A stretch of 63,346 nucleotides of DNA, from contig NC_069000.1 in the NCBI RefSeq assembly GCF_001194135.2, forward strand, positions 18,358,531 through 18,421,876. The letters are read 5' to 3'. Positions 25,495-38,953 of the stretch are shown here, one piece after another. Source of the stretch: Octopus bimaculoides. Lineage: Eukaryota. The notes under the pieces were generated by a model. The model made no database searches. It was not told the origin of the DNA and was given only the letters and a program-made list of their open reading frames with translations. The stretch's first letter is position 1, and each line of letters opens with the position of its first letter. The position numbers were made by a program, and so were the translations under genes.

Positions 25495-26835
25495 GAAAAG
25501 GGGTTGCGGGGGTGAGGAACACAGATCAGAAAAAACAAGATCAAAAGGACTGAAATCCTTTTCAATAATTTTCTTTTCTTCTCTCACTTTTTCCTTCTCC
25601 TTCTCCCATCGTCTCCTCACTCCATGATATCTACATATCAACATGTTTACATCCATATAATTTTTGTATCAATGTATCAGTCATATTCATCATCCAACCA
25701 AAGTTTTCCATTTCAAATTTTGTGGGCAAATTTCACCCAACCAATAATCACTTTAACTTTTAAACTACTCTAACTTTTGTTTTAATATTTCTCCCCCAAC
25801 AGTTGGCAGAATTGTTAGCATGCTGGACAAAATGTTTACCTTCCATCCTTTTGCGGTAAAAAAAAATAAGTACCAGTTGAGCACTGGGGGTGATGTAATC
25901 GATTTAGCAATGAAATTGCTGACCTTGTGCAAAGATTTGAAACCAATATTTCAAGTTAATAACCTGATGCTTTTGAGCTTCTGTCAACATAGCATTTTGG
26001 TTGGGTCATCATCCAGCTATCTCCAGTTGCAGTTTATCAATATTGATGGATATCCCACAACTGCTTAAGTAGATGTCTAAATACCTGAGATGAGTTGTTA
26101 TTGTTAATAAGATCATTGATTTTGGACCATTATTTTCTTTTCCCTAGTATTTATATGTACATTATCTTTTGATTTATTTGATTCTCAAACATGAAGATGT
26201 GACTTATTCCTAAATTTGTTGATATGCTCCTAATTCAAATCCATTTTTGAGACAGCAAACATTCAGAAATAAGTAACCCAATGAAGATCAGAGATAAATT
26301 TAATTGAAACATGTAAATGTAAATACTGAATAATAAACCTGTCATCACGAAGGTCATCACTGTTGTCAGTAGAGGTTGTGGTGGTGGTGGTGACGGTGGT
26401 GGCGACGGTGGTGGTGGTTGTGACAGCAGTGGCAGCGATGGTGGTAGTGGTGGCGGCGGCAATCATCATTGTTGTTTTTATGTCCACTTTCCCAAGGTGG
26501 TAGAGTTTGAACAGGTTTTCTGAGGCAGTGTTTTATGATTGGGTGTCCTTTCTATCACCAACACTCTTAACCACCTCTTACAACATACAAGGATATGGTG
26601 TAGTTATTTTAAATTTGGAGATATATAAGGTTCCTAATAAGGTCAATAATTTCAAAAAAATTTATTACCTTACTCTTCAACTAACTTTGAAGTTAGAAAC
26701 TCTGATACATTAGTAACAGCATAGAAGTTTTTAATGCTGTATTTGAGAGAGCAGCAAAAGGTAAAACTGACTACAGCAAGATTTGAACTTGGAATATAAA
26801 AACATTAAACTAAATTCTGAAAGACATTTACTATA

Positions 26836-27068
26836 CAGGGTTGGCCAGAAGTCACCTGTCAGTAAATCAAAATTCAATAAATACTATCTGTCATTCTGTA
26901 TTGACTCAAATGGAAAAATGTGTTGCTCAAGAAGGACTGCAGTTTGAACAATTTTCATGATGTTTCATATTTAGATGCTTTTATCAAATTCATTCAGTTG
27001 TTAAACATAAATAAATCTTAGTATTAAATGGTTTTGATTTACTGTCAGGTGACTTTTGGCCAACCCTG
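26836..27068. mobile_element. Tc1/mariner MITE
   Basis: 37-bp TIR CAGGGTTGGCCA(G/A)AAGTCACCTG(T/A)CAGTAAATCAAAA with 2 mismatches, and TA on both sides. Confidence 0.9.
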
Positions 27069-27322
27069 TATATTGTCATTGAAACTTAAAGAATATATAT
27101 ATAATGGCTTCAAATTTTGGTACAAGGCCGGCAAGTTTGGGGAAGGGGGTTAAGTTGATTACATCAACCCCAGTGCTCAACTGGTACTTATTTTATTGAC
27201 CCTGAAAGGATGAAAGGCAGAGTTGACCTCAGCAGAATTTAAACTCAGAACATAAAGATGGATGAAATGCTGCTAAGCAACTTGCCCAGCAAGCTTACGA
27301 TTATGCCAGCTTGCAGACTTAA

Positions 27323-27538
27323 CCTTTTAGCATTCAGATTATTCTGTCAATTGTAATGCTTATTTATTCACATTGTTTTTGAATTTGTCATGCATTATCT
27401 TGTAACTTTGAGATTTTTTGTGGTGCGATTGCTTAATTTTAGAAGGACATTGTAGAGTAGGTGAGAGAGGCTAGATTTGACCAGTTTGAACATAAAACAT
27501 GTAGAATATTTAGACCAGCTGCTTTGAATGCTAAAGGG
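27323..27538. mobile_element. piggyBac-like MITE
   Basis: TTAA|CCTTTTAGCATTCA ... TGAATGCTAAAGGG|TTAA (13/14 TIR match, TTAA TSD). Confidence 0.8.
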
Positions 27539-27545
27539 TTAAGGA

Positions 27546-27599
<54 letters not shown>

Positions 27600-27706
27600 A
27601 GATTATTTCCTCTTCAATCAAGTAATAATATTCAGCACCATTTCATTCAGTTCCAACAATAAACCACTGCTAAAAAAATAATCAGTCAATGCTTTGTTCA
27701 ATGTAG

Positions 27707-27831
27707 GTCACATGATGGTTTCTCTGAAGATGAAAAGGGCATTTTACAAGCTGCTAATGGTTCCAAATATGCCAGTCAACAGCTTGTGTTTAATGACCTT
27801 GGTAAATCGCTACTAAATAATGCCTATGAAG
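27707..27831 (+). CDS. KIF28: KIF28-like exon 6 (SHDGFSEDEKG...LLNNAYE-G)
   Basis: AG acceptor and GTAAGT donor; 125 nt. Motifs SHDG and YASQQLVFNDLG...NAYEG. Confidence 0.95.
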
Positions 27832-29034
27832 GTAAGTTTCAACAACTTATGTGTTTTCTCTCTTGTTTCATACTATATCAGTAACATGGCCAAGTGGTTA
27901 AGAAGTTCACCTCACTATCACAAGGTCCCAAGTTCAATCCCATTGTTTGGCATTTTGTACAAAAGAGTGGGGGGGGGGCACATCCAAAAACAGTAGAGGA
28001 GTAGGGGCCGAAACCAGATGTGGTTCCTCCTGATGATGTCCTTAGCCACTGGATCCTATAAAGGAGTTGTTTAGAAAGTGAACCATAAAATGTGGTTGGA
28101 ATTCCTCATATTCTACCTTCAGGTGGATTCAAGAGAGGGAAGGTAATTAGATAGTTGGAAACTGCATGGAAGCCCATTAGGTGAATTGTACATGTAAGTC
28201 AAAATGCCATCAGTGTGACATATATTGTGTCACGATAATTCTCTCTGAGGATTACATTAATGGAACATGTAACTATGTAATACTCTGTCGCTTACACAGT
28301 AATAAAATAAGCAGATAATTAATTGATCAGCTCGAACAATCATGATCAAACCAATAGATGATCCGCCTACTTTTACTTATTAAACTTATGCTGATCACTT
28401 GGGTACCACTGGCTTCTGGTAAAATATATATTGGTTTCAAATTTTGGCACAAGGCCAGCAATTTCAGAGGAGGTGGGTAAGTTGATTACATCAATCCCAG
28501 TGTTCAACTGGTACTTATTTTATTGATCTCGTATTTTATGCATCTCGTATCATCATCATCATCATCATCATAAACATCCAAATCCCCCCCCCCAGTCTGA
28601 TTTGGCTTGGTTTCTATGGCTGGATGCCCTTCCTAATGCCATCCATTTTACAGAGTGTGCTGGGTGCTTCTTACATGACACCATTTGAGTGCTTTTATGT
28701 GGCATCCTACATGGCACTTTTACATGGATCTGCACAGGTGCTTTTACGTGGCACTGCTTGGGTGCTTTTCATGGCACCACACGGGTGCCTCTATGTGGCA
28801 TTGCACAGACACTTTTACGTGTCACAGCAAAGGTGCTTTTACGCGGCACCACTCAGGCACATTAACTTGGCACCATACAGGTGTTTTTATGTGAGATTGC
28901 CATGAGTGCTTTTCACTACCAGACGGAGCAGTCTTAGCACTTCTGCTGCAAAGTACAGCAGAAATATATATATATATTTGTGCCTTTTTGTTATTTATTG
29001 TTTCTCAAAACTAAACTCTGTTCTAATTCTACAG

Positions 29035-29113
29035 GTTACAACTGTTCCCTTTTTGCATATGGACAAACTGGATCAGGAAAATCTTACTCCATGATTGGAT
29101 ATGGCCCAAACAA
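29035..29113 (+). CDS. KIF28: KIF28-like exon 7, P-loop (GYNCSLFAYGQTGSGKSYSMIGYGPN-K)
   Basis: Walker A motif GQTGSGKS, with ctacAG and GTGAGG boundaries. The YSMIGYGPNKG string is characteristic of KIF28/KLP-6 rather than KIF1/KIF13. Confidence 0.97.
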
Positions 29114-29349
29114 GTGAGGAACATTTAAAAATTTGTTTTCATTATCATTGTTTATAATTAATATTTTTATTATTAGGAACAAGGAAGATTTGTCTTTGGA
29201 TTTACTCATGTTGTTATTCCAGGCCATAGTGTCGTTCAAATTTCTTCCCACCTGGTATTCAATTCAATATACTATTATTATACCTCTTAATGTCATGTGT
29301 CTAAATGCATGGCATATGGTTAAAAGAAAATAATAAAGAAGGAAAAGTA

Positions 29350-29570
29350 GCCATGGTGGTGGTGGTGGTCGTCGTCGTCGTCGTGGTGGTCGTCATGGTG
29401 TTGATGGTCATCGTGGTCGTCGTGGTCATGGTGGTGGTTGTGGTGTCAGTGGTGGTGGTGGTGGTGGTGATGGTGGTGGTAGCAGTGAGCACAGCAGCAA
29501 CAGTAGTAGTAGTGGTAGTGGTAGTAGCAACAGCAGCACTGGTGGTAGTGGCAGCAGTGGTGGTGGTGGT
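29350..29570. repeat. Compound (GGT/GTC/GTA/GCA)n trinucleotide repeat
   Basis: Seen directly; it explains the poly-V and poly-T ORFs in the track. Confidence 0.95.
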
Positions 29571-30059
29571 AGGGTATTCTATACGCTGTGTACTCTGCAG
29601 AGTTTATATAAACTTGCCACTTGAGTAGAGTTGAGCATATAAAAAGTTAGATTTATATCAAGAACACAGACTGTTTTTAGCAATAACTAAATAAACACTT
29701 ACACAATACGGTATTATTGATCCATTTAAACTGATTTAGCAAATAGGTTTCACACATGAGAGTTAGAGGAAAACCTAATCCTAGTGACCAGTGCTTGTTT
29801 CTTTCTGACATAGATTCTGGTCCAGTATTTATTCATATTCTGTTATAGCTTTCTTAGCTGCTAAAATAATGTTTACCTCTTGTCATCTATCCAGTTATTC
29901 CAATATTAACTCAGTTTTACTAAATAAGACACTCATCTTTGCTGTGAGGAACTCCAATGAATCTACACAAGGGGTAGACATTATTTTAACCATTAGGGGG
30001 AAACTATCATAGAATTTTGGAGTAAATGCTAGACCAGAAGGTACAGACCAAACAATTTG

Positions 30060-30480
30060 GATATAACAATGGGGTCCAGTGTCTTTGCTCAGGTAACTGA
30101 CTTTGGAAATATATTATGATGTTCAAATCAGGAAATTTGTGAGCTGGGAGGTGGGGATTATACAAGAAAATAAATGATATAAAATGTTTAAGGGCTTAGG
30201 CCTATCTATCTCCATGGAGAATTAGTATGATAAAGTTAATTTACTGGATGTCATTTTGGATCTCAGTACAGGCTGTATCATCTGTACCACAAACCAAATG
30301 AAAGTCTCAAATATGTGAATCAAAAATCTAATCATCCAAAAACAGTTATAAATTCTATTATCAGGAGAGTCCCCTTTAGAATCTCTAAAAATTCTGCTAT
30401 TGAAAAATTATTTAAACTACATGAGAAATACTACAACTTAGCATTGGTTGAAGCTAGTTATAATTTAAAAAAATTATATT
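30060..30480 (+). mobile_element. Decayed Penelope-like reverse transcriptase fragment
   Basis: MGSSVFAQVTD...KVNLLDVILDLSTG...HKPNESLKYVNQKSNHPKTVINSI...YNLALVEASY matches PLE RT core and thumb motifs; it is frameshifted. Confidence 0.7.
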
Positions 30481-31445
30481 CCTAATGGGGTGATTTATGA
30501 TAAGTATACAAAAGTAATGGAATTGATGAATAATGATAGAGATCACCATATCAGTAAAAATAAAAACACCAAAGCATAGTTAATTGGTAGTATAGTTGGA
30601 TAATCCTTATTAATAATAGAAAAGATTGGAGCCTGGTGTAGCCATCTGGTTCACCAGTCCTCAGTCAAATCGTCCAACCCATGCTAGCATGGAAAGCAGA
30701 CATTAAACGATGATGATGATGATGATGATGATGATAATGATGTGATTGCATAATGTATTGATATACTTGTTTGCATATTCACATACACACATAACTAGCT
30801 CTACCTCCAAAACTAGTGTTTAATATATAGAAACACGCACATATACACATTCACTCATGCACACACACACACATACATAGAGTTGTTTTGATGTAACTAA
30901 TGACCTGTGCATGCAAGCATATGCATACATGTGAGTGCAAAGCTATATAGTACAGTTGAAGTCGAAGGTCAAGATATAACATAATGGAAAATCTGGTATT
31001 GATAAAAAGTGAAGAAAATCTTAAAAACATACATTGTTATATGATTGACTTATCATCAGCAAATATATCATCTTCATCATCATTTAACATCTGCTTTCTA
31101 TGCTGGCATGGGTTAGATGGTTTGAATGGAACTGGTAAGCCAAAGAGCTGCACCAGGTTCCAGTCTCTTTTTTTATTCTTTTATTCTTTTACTTGTTTCA
31201 GTCATTTAACTGCAGCCATGCTGGACCACCACCTTAAAAGGTTTTTTTAGTCAAAGAAATCAACTCCAGGACTTATTCTTTATAAGCCTAGTACTTATTC
31301 TATTTACCTTTTTTGCCAAACCGCTAAGTTACGGGAACGTAAATACACTAACATCGGTTATCAAGTGATGGTGGGGGGACAAACATAGACACAAAGACAC
31401 ACACATAAATCTCTCTTTGTATACACACACACACACACACACACA

Positions 31446-31610
31446 TTGGGTAGATAAAGAGATAGTACGAGTTAGCTTTGATGTAACTAGTCTCCACACA
31501 AATATTCCCCATATATTTGAACTAGAAGCAGTAAAATTCTGGATAAACAAACACCCACAAAGAATTCAGGAGAGATTCTCAAAAGAATTTATACTTGAAG
31601 GCTTACAGAT
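31446..31610 (+). mobile_element. Penelope-like RT fragment inside a family-B SINE
   Basis: VSFDVTSLHTNIP...EAVKFWINKHP...RFSKEFILEGL matches the PLE RT motif FDVxSLYTNIP. Confidence 0.75.
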
Positions 31611-31760
31611 AGTTTCTGTCTACCAAATCCACTCACAAGGCTTTGGTTGGCCTGAGGCTATAATAGAGGACACTTGCTCAAGGTGTATCCAGTAGAACTG
31701 AACCGAGACCCATGTGGTTGGGAAGTAAACTTCTTACCATACAGCCCCACCTGTGCCTTG

Positions 31761-31799
<39 letters not shown>

Positions 31800-32429
31800 N
31801 NNNNNNNNNNNNNNNNNNNNNNNNNNNNNNNNNNNNNNNNNNNNNNNNNNCTCTCTCTCTCTCTCTCTCTCTCAATACTCTTCAATGCATCATATATCTT
31901 TTTACTCCTTTACTGGTTTCTGTCTTTTGAATGTCACCATGCTGGGTCACTGCATTCAAGAGTGTTAGTAAATCATATCAGCTCCCCATAATTATTTCAG
32001 TCTAACATTCATTGCATCAATCTCTATTTATCAAAAGGCTAAGTGATGCTATTTGAGTCGACAGTATTTGCTTGATTGTATGAACATAAAAATGCTGACA
32101 GTGACACAAGAGTAGTGTTTAGAAAGGCTGAGATATTTCTTCTGTACAACATCAAGCCTACAACTTGCTGCCCCTTTCCCTTTGCACACTGTTCTAACTC
32201 TCTTCTCCCATCTTCTTCATTCTAAACACCTGATTTTTTATTTCTCATTCACATTAGATAGCTTGTATATTAAATCTTGCCAGTTATTTAGTTTATTTGT
32301 CCAATTCCTATATTTACTTCTTGAATATGTACTACTGTTCTTTTCCCTAACTGCTTTTTCATTTGTGGAAGATATATTTCAGATGATGTAATTTTGAGCT
32401 ACACTTTGTGAAGCCTTGGAAGCTGTTTT

Positions 32430-32477
<48 letters not shown>

Positions 32478-32716
32478 CATGTGTGTTACTTCTTACCAGT
32501 AAGCTCTTGGTGTGTATAAATGTTATGTCTCAAGGTACTGTTATCTAGCACCTTCAGATGATCTCTACTCGACCGTTAACCGACTGCTACTCAACTCCCC
32601 TACCACGGCCAGACTACCTCTATTTATATGTCTTGGGCGATCCTACTTCATCGCTTGGGGGCGTCGACACAACAATAAATCTGTTAATTCAATTTATATT
32701 TTTATATCAACTATAG

Positions 32717-32783
32717 AGGAATTGTCCCAACAGCCTGTGATGAATTATTCAAAACTATTTCAAGCAATGAAGACAAAAATTTG
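32717..32783 (+). CDS. KIF28: KIF28-like exon 8 (GIVPTACDELFKTISSNEDKNL)
   Basis: ctatAG acceptor and GTGAGT donor; 67 nt, phase 2 to 0. Confidence 0.93.
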
Positions 32784-33391
32784 GTGAGTATAAAACCATT
32801 TAATGGTATTAAATTAAACTAAAGTTCATAGTAGAAAATCTTTAGAATATGTTGGCAGGTTTTCAGCCATGATCAATTCCTTATTAACTAGGGTTATATC
32901 CCTCTTTACAGTGTTTTGCTTTAGAATAAATGAAAAATACTCTTCTGATTTACTGATGGAAATTTAATTACAACAGACTCCGAAATACAATGAATAGCTG
33001 CAATATATGCAGATAACTGATTTTACCTTCTTTCAGGTATTTTGAGGTCTTTTAAAGTGCTGGGTATGACTCTAAACTGCATCTGGTAGTGGGGCCCCGA
33101 TTAGGAAGTTCCAGAGTTTTGAGGTGTGTGGAACCACATCTCAGTGACTATTTTTCCTCGGTCTGCTCTGATGCTTACATCATCTGATACTTTCTTATAG
33201 ATAGGTGATCTACGTCATTGAAAATTGTCAAGTGACAAAAAAAAAAAAACAACAACTGTCCATCAATAAATTCTATAATTCTCTAGTTATCAATTTAATA
33301 GCTGCAATCTCTTGTTCTAATCATGCATTCTCTTTCTTATTTTTCTGTCCATCTTTTATTCTCAACTGCATGATCTCAACTCTATGTTTAG

Positions 33392-33543
33392 AGGTACGAA
33401 GTGTCTTTCTCAATGATGGAGATATACAATGAACAGGTGCGAGATCTGTTGAAAAGGGATTGTCCTAAAGGTGGCCTACAAGTTAGACAGCATCCAAAAT
33501 TGGGTATGTTTTATGTTGAAGATTTACAGAAGGTTCCAGTTAG
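33392..33543 (+). CDS. KIF28: KIF28-like exon 9, truncated by assembly gap ([20 protein letters not shown]...[11 protein letters not shown])
   Basis: tgtttAG acceptor and the [11 protein letters not shown] motif. The frame runs into the N gap at 33544; the missing residues before GTANRT probably lie in the gap. Confidence 0.93.
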
Positions 33544-34414
33544 NNNNNNNNNNNNNNNNNNNNNNNNNNNNNNNNNNNNNNNNNNNNNNNNNNNNNNNNN
33601 NNNNNNNNNNNNNNNNNNNNNNNNNNNNNNNNNNNNNNNNNNNNNNNNNNNNNNNNNNNNNNNNNNNNNNNNNNNNNNNNNNNNNNNNNNNNNNNNNNNN
33701 NNNNNNNNNNNNNNNNNNNNNNNNNNNNNNNNNNNNNNNNNNNNNNNNNNNNNNNNNNNNNNNNNNNNNNNNNNNNNNNNNNNNNNNNNNNNNNNNNNNN
33801 NNNNNNNNNNNNNNNNNNNNNNNNNNNNNNNNNNNNNNNNNNNNNNNNNNNNNNNNNNNNNNNNNNNNNNNNNNNNNNNNNNNNNNNNNNNNNNNNNNNN
33901 NNNNNNNNNNNNNNNNNNNNNNNNNNNNNNNNNNNNNNNNNNNNNNNNNNNNNNNNNNNNNNNNNNNNNNNNNNNNNNNNNNNNNNNNNNNNNNNNNNNN
34001 NNNNNNNNNNNNNNNNNNNNNNNNNNNNNNNNNNNNNNNNNNNNNNNNNNNNNNNNNNNNNNNNNNNNNNNNNNNNNNNNNNNNNNNNNNNNNNNNNNNN
34101 NNNNNNNNNNNNNNNNNNNNNNNNNNNNNNNNNNNNNNNNNNNNNNNNNNNNNNNNNNNNNNNNNNNNNNNNNNNNNNNNNNNNNNNNNNNNNNNNNNNN
34201 NNNNNNNNNNNNNNNNNNNNNNNNNNNNNNNNNNNNNNNNNNNNNNNNNNNNNNNNNNNNNNNNNNNNNNNNNNNNNNNNNNNNNNNNNNNNNNNNNNNN
34301 NNNNNTAGGCAAGTGTCTTCCACTATAGCCTTGGGCTGACTAAAACCTTGTGAATGGATTTGGTCAACAGAAACTGAGTGAAGCCTATCATATATAAATG
34401 GAAGTGTATGTATG

Positions 34415-34453
<39 letters not shown>

Positions 34454-34822
34454 CCTTGTCAGACAATACATTGGAGTGACTGGAAGGCGATCTGGTCAAA
34501 GAGACTCAACAAAATCTTATCCAACCCTTGTCAGCATGGAAAAGTGGATGTTTAAACCAATGATGATGGTGTTGATGTATATATGTGTCTGTGCACATGT
34601 ATGTGTCTCCTTGTCTTGACATTGCACTGTTGTAATTACATAGCACTGTCATACAATCTTCAATGAAAAGATGTCTAATCAGAGGGAAGAATGACCTTGC
34701 TTGGAAAGAAATGAGAGTTGGTGACAGGAAGTGTATCTGGTGATAGGAAAATCTGCTTCAATAAATCCAGCCTAAACTTTGTAAGCATGGAAAATGATCA
34801 TTAAAACAATGAAGATGATAGT

Positions 34823-36310
34823 TGTGGTGCGATGGAGGAAGAAGACAACAAGAAGCAAAAGGACAGAATGAAGCGTTGGACCTTACCTTGCTGACCGCAG
34901 CGGGGTACACAATCGCTCCTAATCAGAACACGTCTTTCTCGTAATGTCGCTGTTTTCTCACTGGCCCCACGTGCTAGCCTTCGACCGCGTGTCGCCGACT
35001 TCCGATCTGACCCGTCCGGTTGGCCCTTCCGGTTTAGCCCTTCCGGTCTGGCTTCACCTCTGTTTGCCTCACCCCTCTCCACCTCAACACATAGCTCGTC
35101 ACAGCCCATAACACCACACGCCCCCCTGATCTATAGATCATTCAACCGGCTCNNNNNNNNNNNNNNNNNNNNNNNNNNNNNNNNNNNNNNNNNNNNNNNN
35201 NNNNNNNNNNNNNNNNNNNNNNNNNNNNNNNNNNNNNNNNNNNNNNNNNNNNNNNNNNNNNNNNNNNNNNNNNNNNNNNNNNNNNNNNNNNNNNNNNNNN
35301 NNNNNNNNNNNNNNNNNNNNNNNNNNNNNNNNNNNNNNNNNNNNNNNNNNNNNNNNNNNNNNNNNNNNNNNNNNNNNNNNNNNNNNNNNNNNNNNNNNNN
35401 NNNNNNNNNNNNNNNNNNNNNNNNNNNNNNNNNNNNNNNNNNNNNNNNNNNNNNNNNNNNNNNNNNNNNNNNNNNNNNNNNNNNNNNNNNNNNNNNNNNN
35501 NNNNNNNNNNNNNNNNNNNNNNNNNNNNNNNNNNNNNNNNNNNNNNNNNNNNNNNNNNNNNNNNNNNNNNNNNNNNNNNNNNNNNNNNNNNNNNNNNNNN
35601 NNNNNNNNNNNNNNNNNNNNNNNNNNNNNNNNNNNNNNNNNNNNNNNNNNNNNNNNNNNNNNNNNNNNNNNNNNNNNNNNNNNNNNNNNNNNNNNNNNNN
35701 NNNNNNNNNNNNNNNNNNNNNNNNNNNNNNNNNNNNNNNNNNNNNNNNNNNNNNNNNNNNNNNNNNNNNNNNNNNNNNNNNNNNNNNNNNNNNNNNNNNN
35801 NNNNNNNNNNNNNNNNNNNNNNNNNNNNNNNNNNNNNNNNNNNNNNNNNNNNNNNNNNNNNNNNNNNNNNNNNNNNNNNNNNNNNNNNNNNNNNNNNNNN
35901 NNNNNNNNNNNNNNNNNNNNNNNNNNNNNNNNNNNNNNNNNNNNNNNNNNNNNNNNNNNNNNNNNNNNNNNNNNNNNNNNNNNNNNNNNNNNNNNNNNNN
36001 NNNNNNNNNNNNNNNNNNNNNNNNNNNNNNNNNNNNNNNNNNNNNNNNNNNNNNNNNNNNNNNNNNNNNNNNNNNNNNNNNNNNNNNNNNNNNNNNNNNN
36101 NNNNNNNNNNNNNNNNNNNNNNNNNNNNNNNNNNNNNNNNNNNGAGTCACTCAGACAGCATACTGCAGCCACAGCCCGCCCCGCATCCTCTGGCACCTGC
36201 AACCAAGCTCGCTTTACCCTGGTTAGGACGTCTGCCCTGTTCTTTTCGGAAAGCACAAAGATTACGCTCAGCTCCAGATTGAACTCAGCGGTTAGCTCCC
36301 GCAATATTCC
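34823..36310 (-). mobile_element. LTR retrotransposon fragment (end of RNase H, gap, end of pol, PPT, 3' LTR)
   Basis: 296-bp LTR at 34823-35118 with TGTGGTG...CACCACA termini. The PPT ATCAGGGGGGCG is adjacent, after the pol stop (RLNDL*). Beyond the gap it reads GILRELTAEFNLELSVIFVLSEKNRADVLTRVKRAWL. It is GC- and CpG-rich relative to the host. Gypsy-like assignment is by recognition. Confidence 0.8.
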
Positions 36311-36987
36311 CACTACACTCTCGGAATGGTTGGCATTAGAAAGGGCATCCAGCTGTAGAAACTCTGCCAGATCAGATTGGAGGCTGGTGTTGCCATCCGG
36401 TTTCACCAGTCCTCAGTCAAATCGTCCAACCCATGCTAGCATGGAAAGCAGATGTTAAACGATGATGATGATGATGTTATTCCTCCAAATATTCACTCTT
36501 CATTCTGTGTGTCATTTGTCTAATCACACAGAACATATCAACAAAACTTATTCATAACATGAAGGATTTATGGTTGAGTTTGTGGCAGTGAAGACCTCAG
36601 ACCATATCCCTGCTCACCATTATTGGGGTGGAAATGGCTATCCACAGGTATGAGCTCCATGAGTCAGAGTGGCTGTTCCAGCACATCTCCTTCACTATCC
36701 TTCAGGACAATTCCTTTTCCATTTTGTCTGCTGGAACTATGAGAAATAGGATGTTCCACTCCTTAATGTTATGTTACTCCATGTAAATTGCTTTGTGTTA
36801 ATGTTGACAATTATTTTGTTTGTCTTTTACTCTAATCAGCCATTCTTCCACTCGTAGCTCTCTCAGTGCTCAGGTCACCACTTTCTATAGAATTCTATCA
36901 AAAGTGTTCTCCAGATCAACAAACCCAGGAGATGAATTCTACATGTAGACATGCATACATATATTCATATATATATGTGTGTGTGTG

Positions 36988-37020
<33 letters not shown>

Positions 37021-37545
37021 GTGTGTGTGAGTGTGTGTGCATAATATATACAGATATGTATACATACACATATAGATGTATATATATAAAAGCATATGAA
37101 ATAGGCATGCTTCTGCACTGTATGTGTCTTTGAGTAGGTATTGTGCAGTTAGTAGCTAATCACACAAGAAGAAAAAAAATCTGAAAGAACATCAACCCCT
37201 CCCCCTCCCTTCCTCCCATTCTCTAATTGCCTTTCTCATTAATGCATGGAATCTAAATTTACCATTTGTTCTTTCTACTAACATAAAACTTATATCAAAC
37301 AAACAATAGCAACAATTATATTTGTATTTTGTTCAGTTTTATATATTTTTATTATTTTTTTTTCAATTTTATTTTAAGTGTGGCTGTGTGGTTAAGAAGC
37401 TTGTTTTGCAGCCATGTGGTTTCGAGTTCAATGCCATTGTGTGGCACCATGAACAATTGTCTTCTACTATAACCCAAGGCTAACCTAGTGTCTTGTGAAT
37501 GAATCTGATTGATGTAAACTGTGTGAAAGCCCGTTGTATTATTAG

Positions 37546-37594
<49 letters not shown>

Positions 37595-38953
37595 CGTGCG
37601 TGCGCGCGTGCATGCAGGTGTCTTTGTTTTTGTGTTGTCTGTCCACCATCACCACAACCTTACCCTCTCGCGCCACTTTTTGGTTTGTTTATGTCCCCAT
37701 AACTTAGTGGTTTGGCAAAAGAGATCGATTGAACAAGTACTAGACTTTTAAAAAAAATACCTACTGGTGTTGACATGCTTGATGTTACCCTTCAAGACAT
37801 GCTGTAGTCCAATGACTGGCACATCAAGTAAAAAAACGGATAATAAGCACAATGTTACAAATTTTAGGGTGGAAGGTTATAATTGATTATAACAAGGTCA
37901 GCAGATGAAAGACGTTAACATTGCTGGGATTTGAACTCACAATGTAAACACCAACTGATTATCTTCTGATTACACCCGCCACCTCCACTGCCACCACCAT
38001 AAACACAATAACATCCACAAACCATGTTGTATCCTGTTCCTGTCCAAGATCCTTCCTAAGTCAATACATATGGATTTATATAACTCACATGCATCTTTAA
38101 GATGTGTGTGTGTGATTACATTTGAGTGTATGTGAGTGAGTTTGTGTTTTTGTGTGTGTAAACCTGAGTGTGTAGTTAATCAATACTCATGTATTAATCA
38201 ATAACTTCACACTGTGTCAGCTAGCAGTATAACATTGATTTCTTACAAAGGCTCAAGGCTAGATATTCGTAAGGGAAGAGAAAAGATATGATGTGGCAAT
38301 CATGTTTGTTTTTTTTTAAGGACATTATCAGTGTATATGCTGTGAAATAAAATAACTTCAACCCAAAATCTCAACAGACTTAGTTCACTGGAGCCTACTT
38401 AGGGTCTTTTCACTGGGTGTTCACATTGACTCTTCATCTCGTAATACTGGTTTCAAATTTTGGCGCAAGGCCAGCAATTTTGTGTGAGAGGATAAATCGA
38501 TTACATCGGCCCCCAGTACTCAACTGGTACTTATTTTATTGACCCTGAATGGATGAAAGGCCACTAAACCTTTGGCCCAGTGTACTAATGATTCTGCCAC
38601 CTTGCCACCTTATCTTCATCTTGAAATATTAATATCTAGTTTAAGATGGTGAGCTGCCAGAATCATTAGCATGTTGGACAAAATGCTTTGTAGCAATTCT
38701 TCTGGCTTTTGCATTCTGAGTTCAGATACTGCTTTGCCCTTCGTCCTTTGTCAGCTTTGCCTTTCATCCTTTCGGGATTAATAAAATAAGTACCAGTTGA
38801 ATACTGGGGCCAATGTAATTGATTTAAACTCTCCCATGAAATTGCTGGCCTTGTGCCAAAAACCTGAAACCAAATATTAATTTTTTGTCACCTGATAAGC
38901 TCACAAGTTTTGGAGAAGAGTTTACAGTCAACCGCAGTAGTTTCAATAGATTA

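Noticed and set aside
25387-25720. Protein-like minus-strand ORFs in unique intronic sequence (possible nested gene)
   Set aside because: No recognisable domain and no convincing acceptor; part of it is a GA microsatellite.
28003-28045. GAAAC...GGTT...CTGATGA hammerhead-like arrangement
   Set aside because: Only 4 nt lie between the putative cleavage site and the core, so stem I cannot form.
33500-33512. Consensus-like donor G|GTATGT inside exon 9
   Set aside because: The frame continues with conserved kinesin residues (FYVEDL...V), so it is treated as exonic. Cryptic use is untested.
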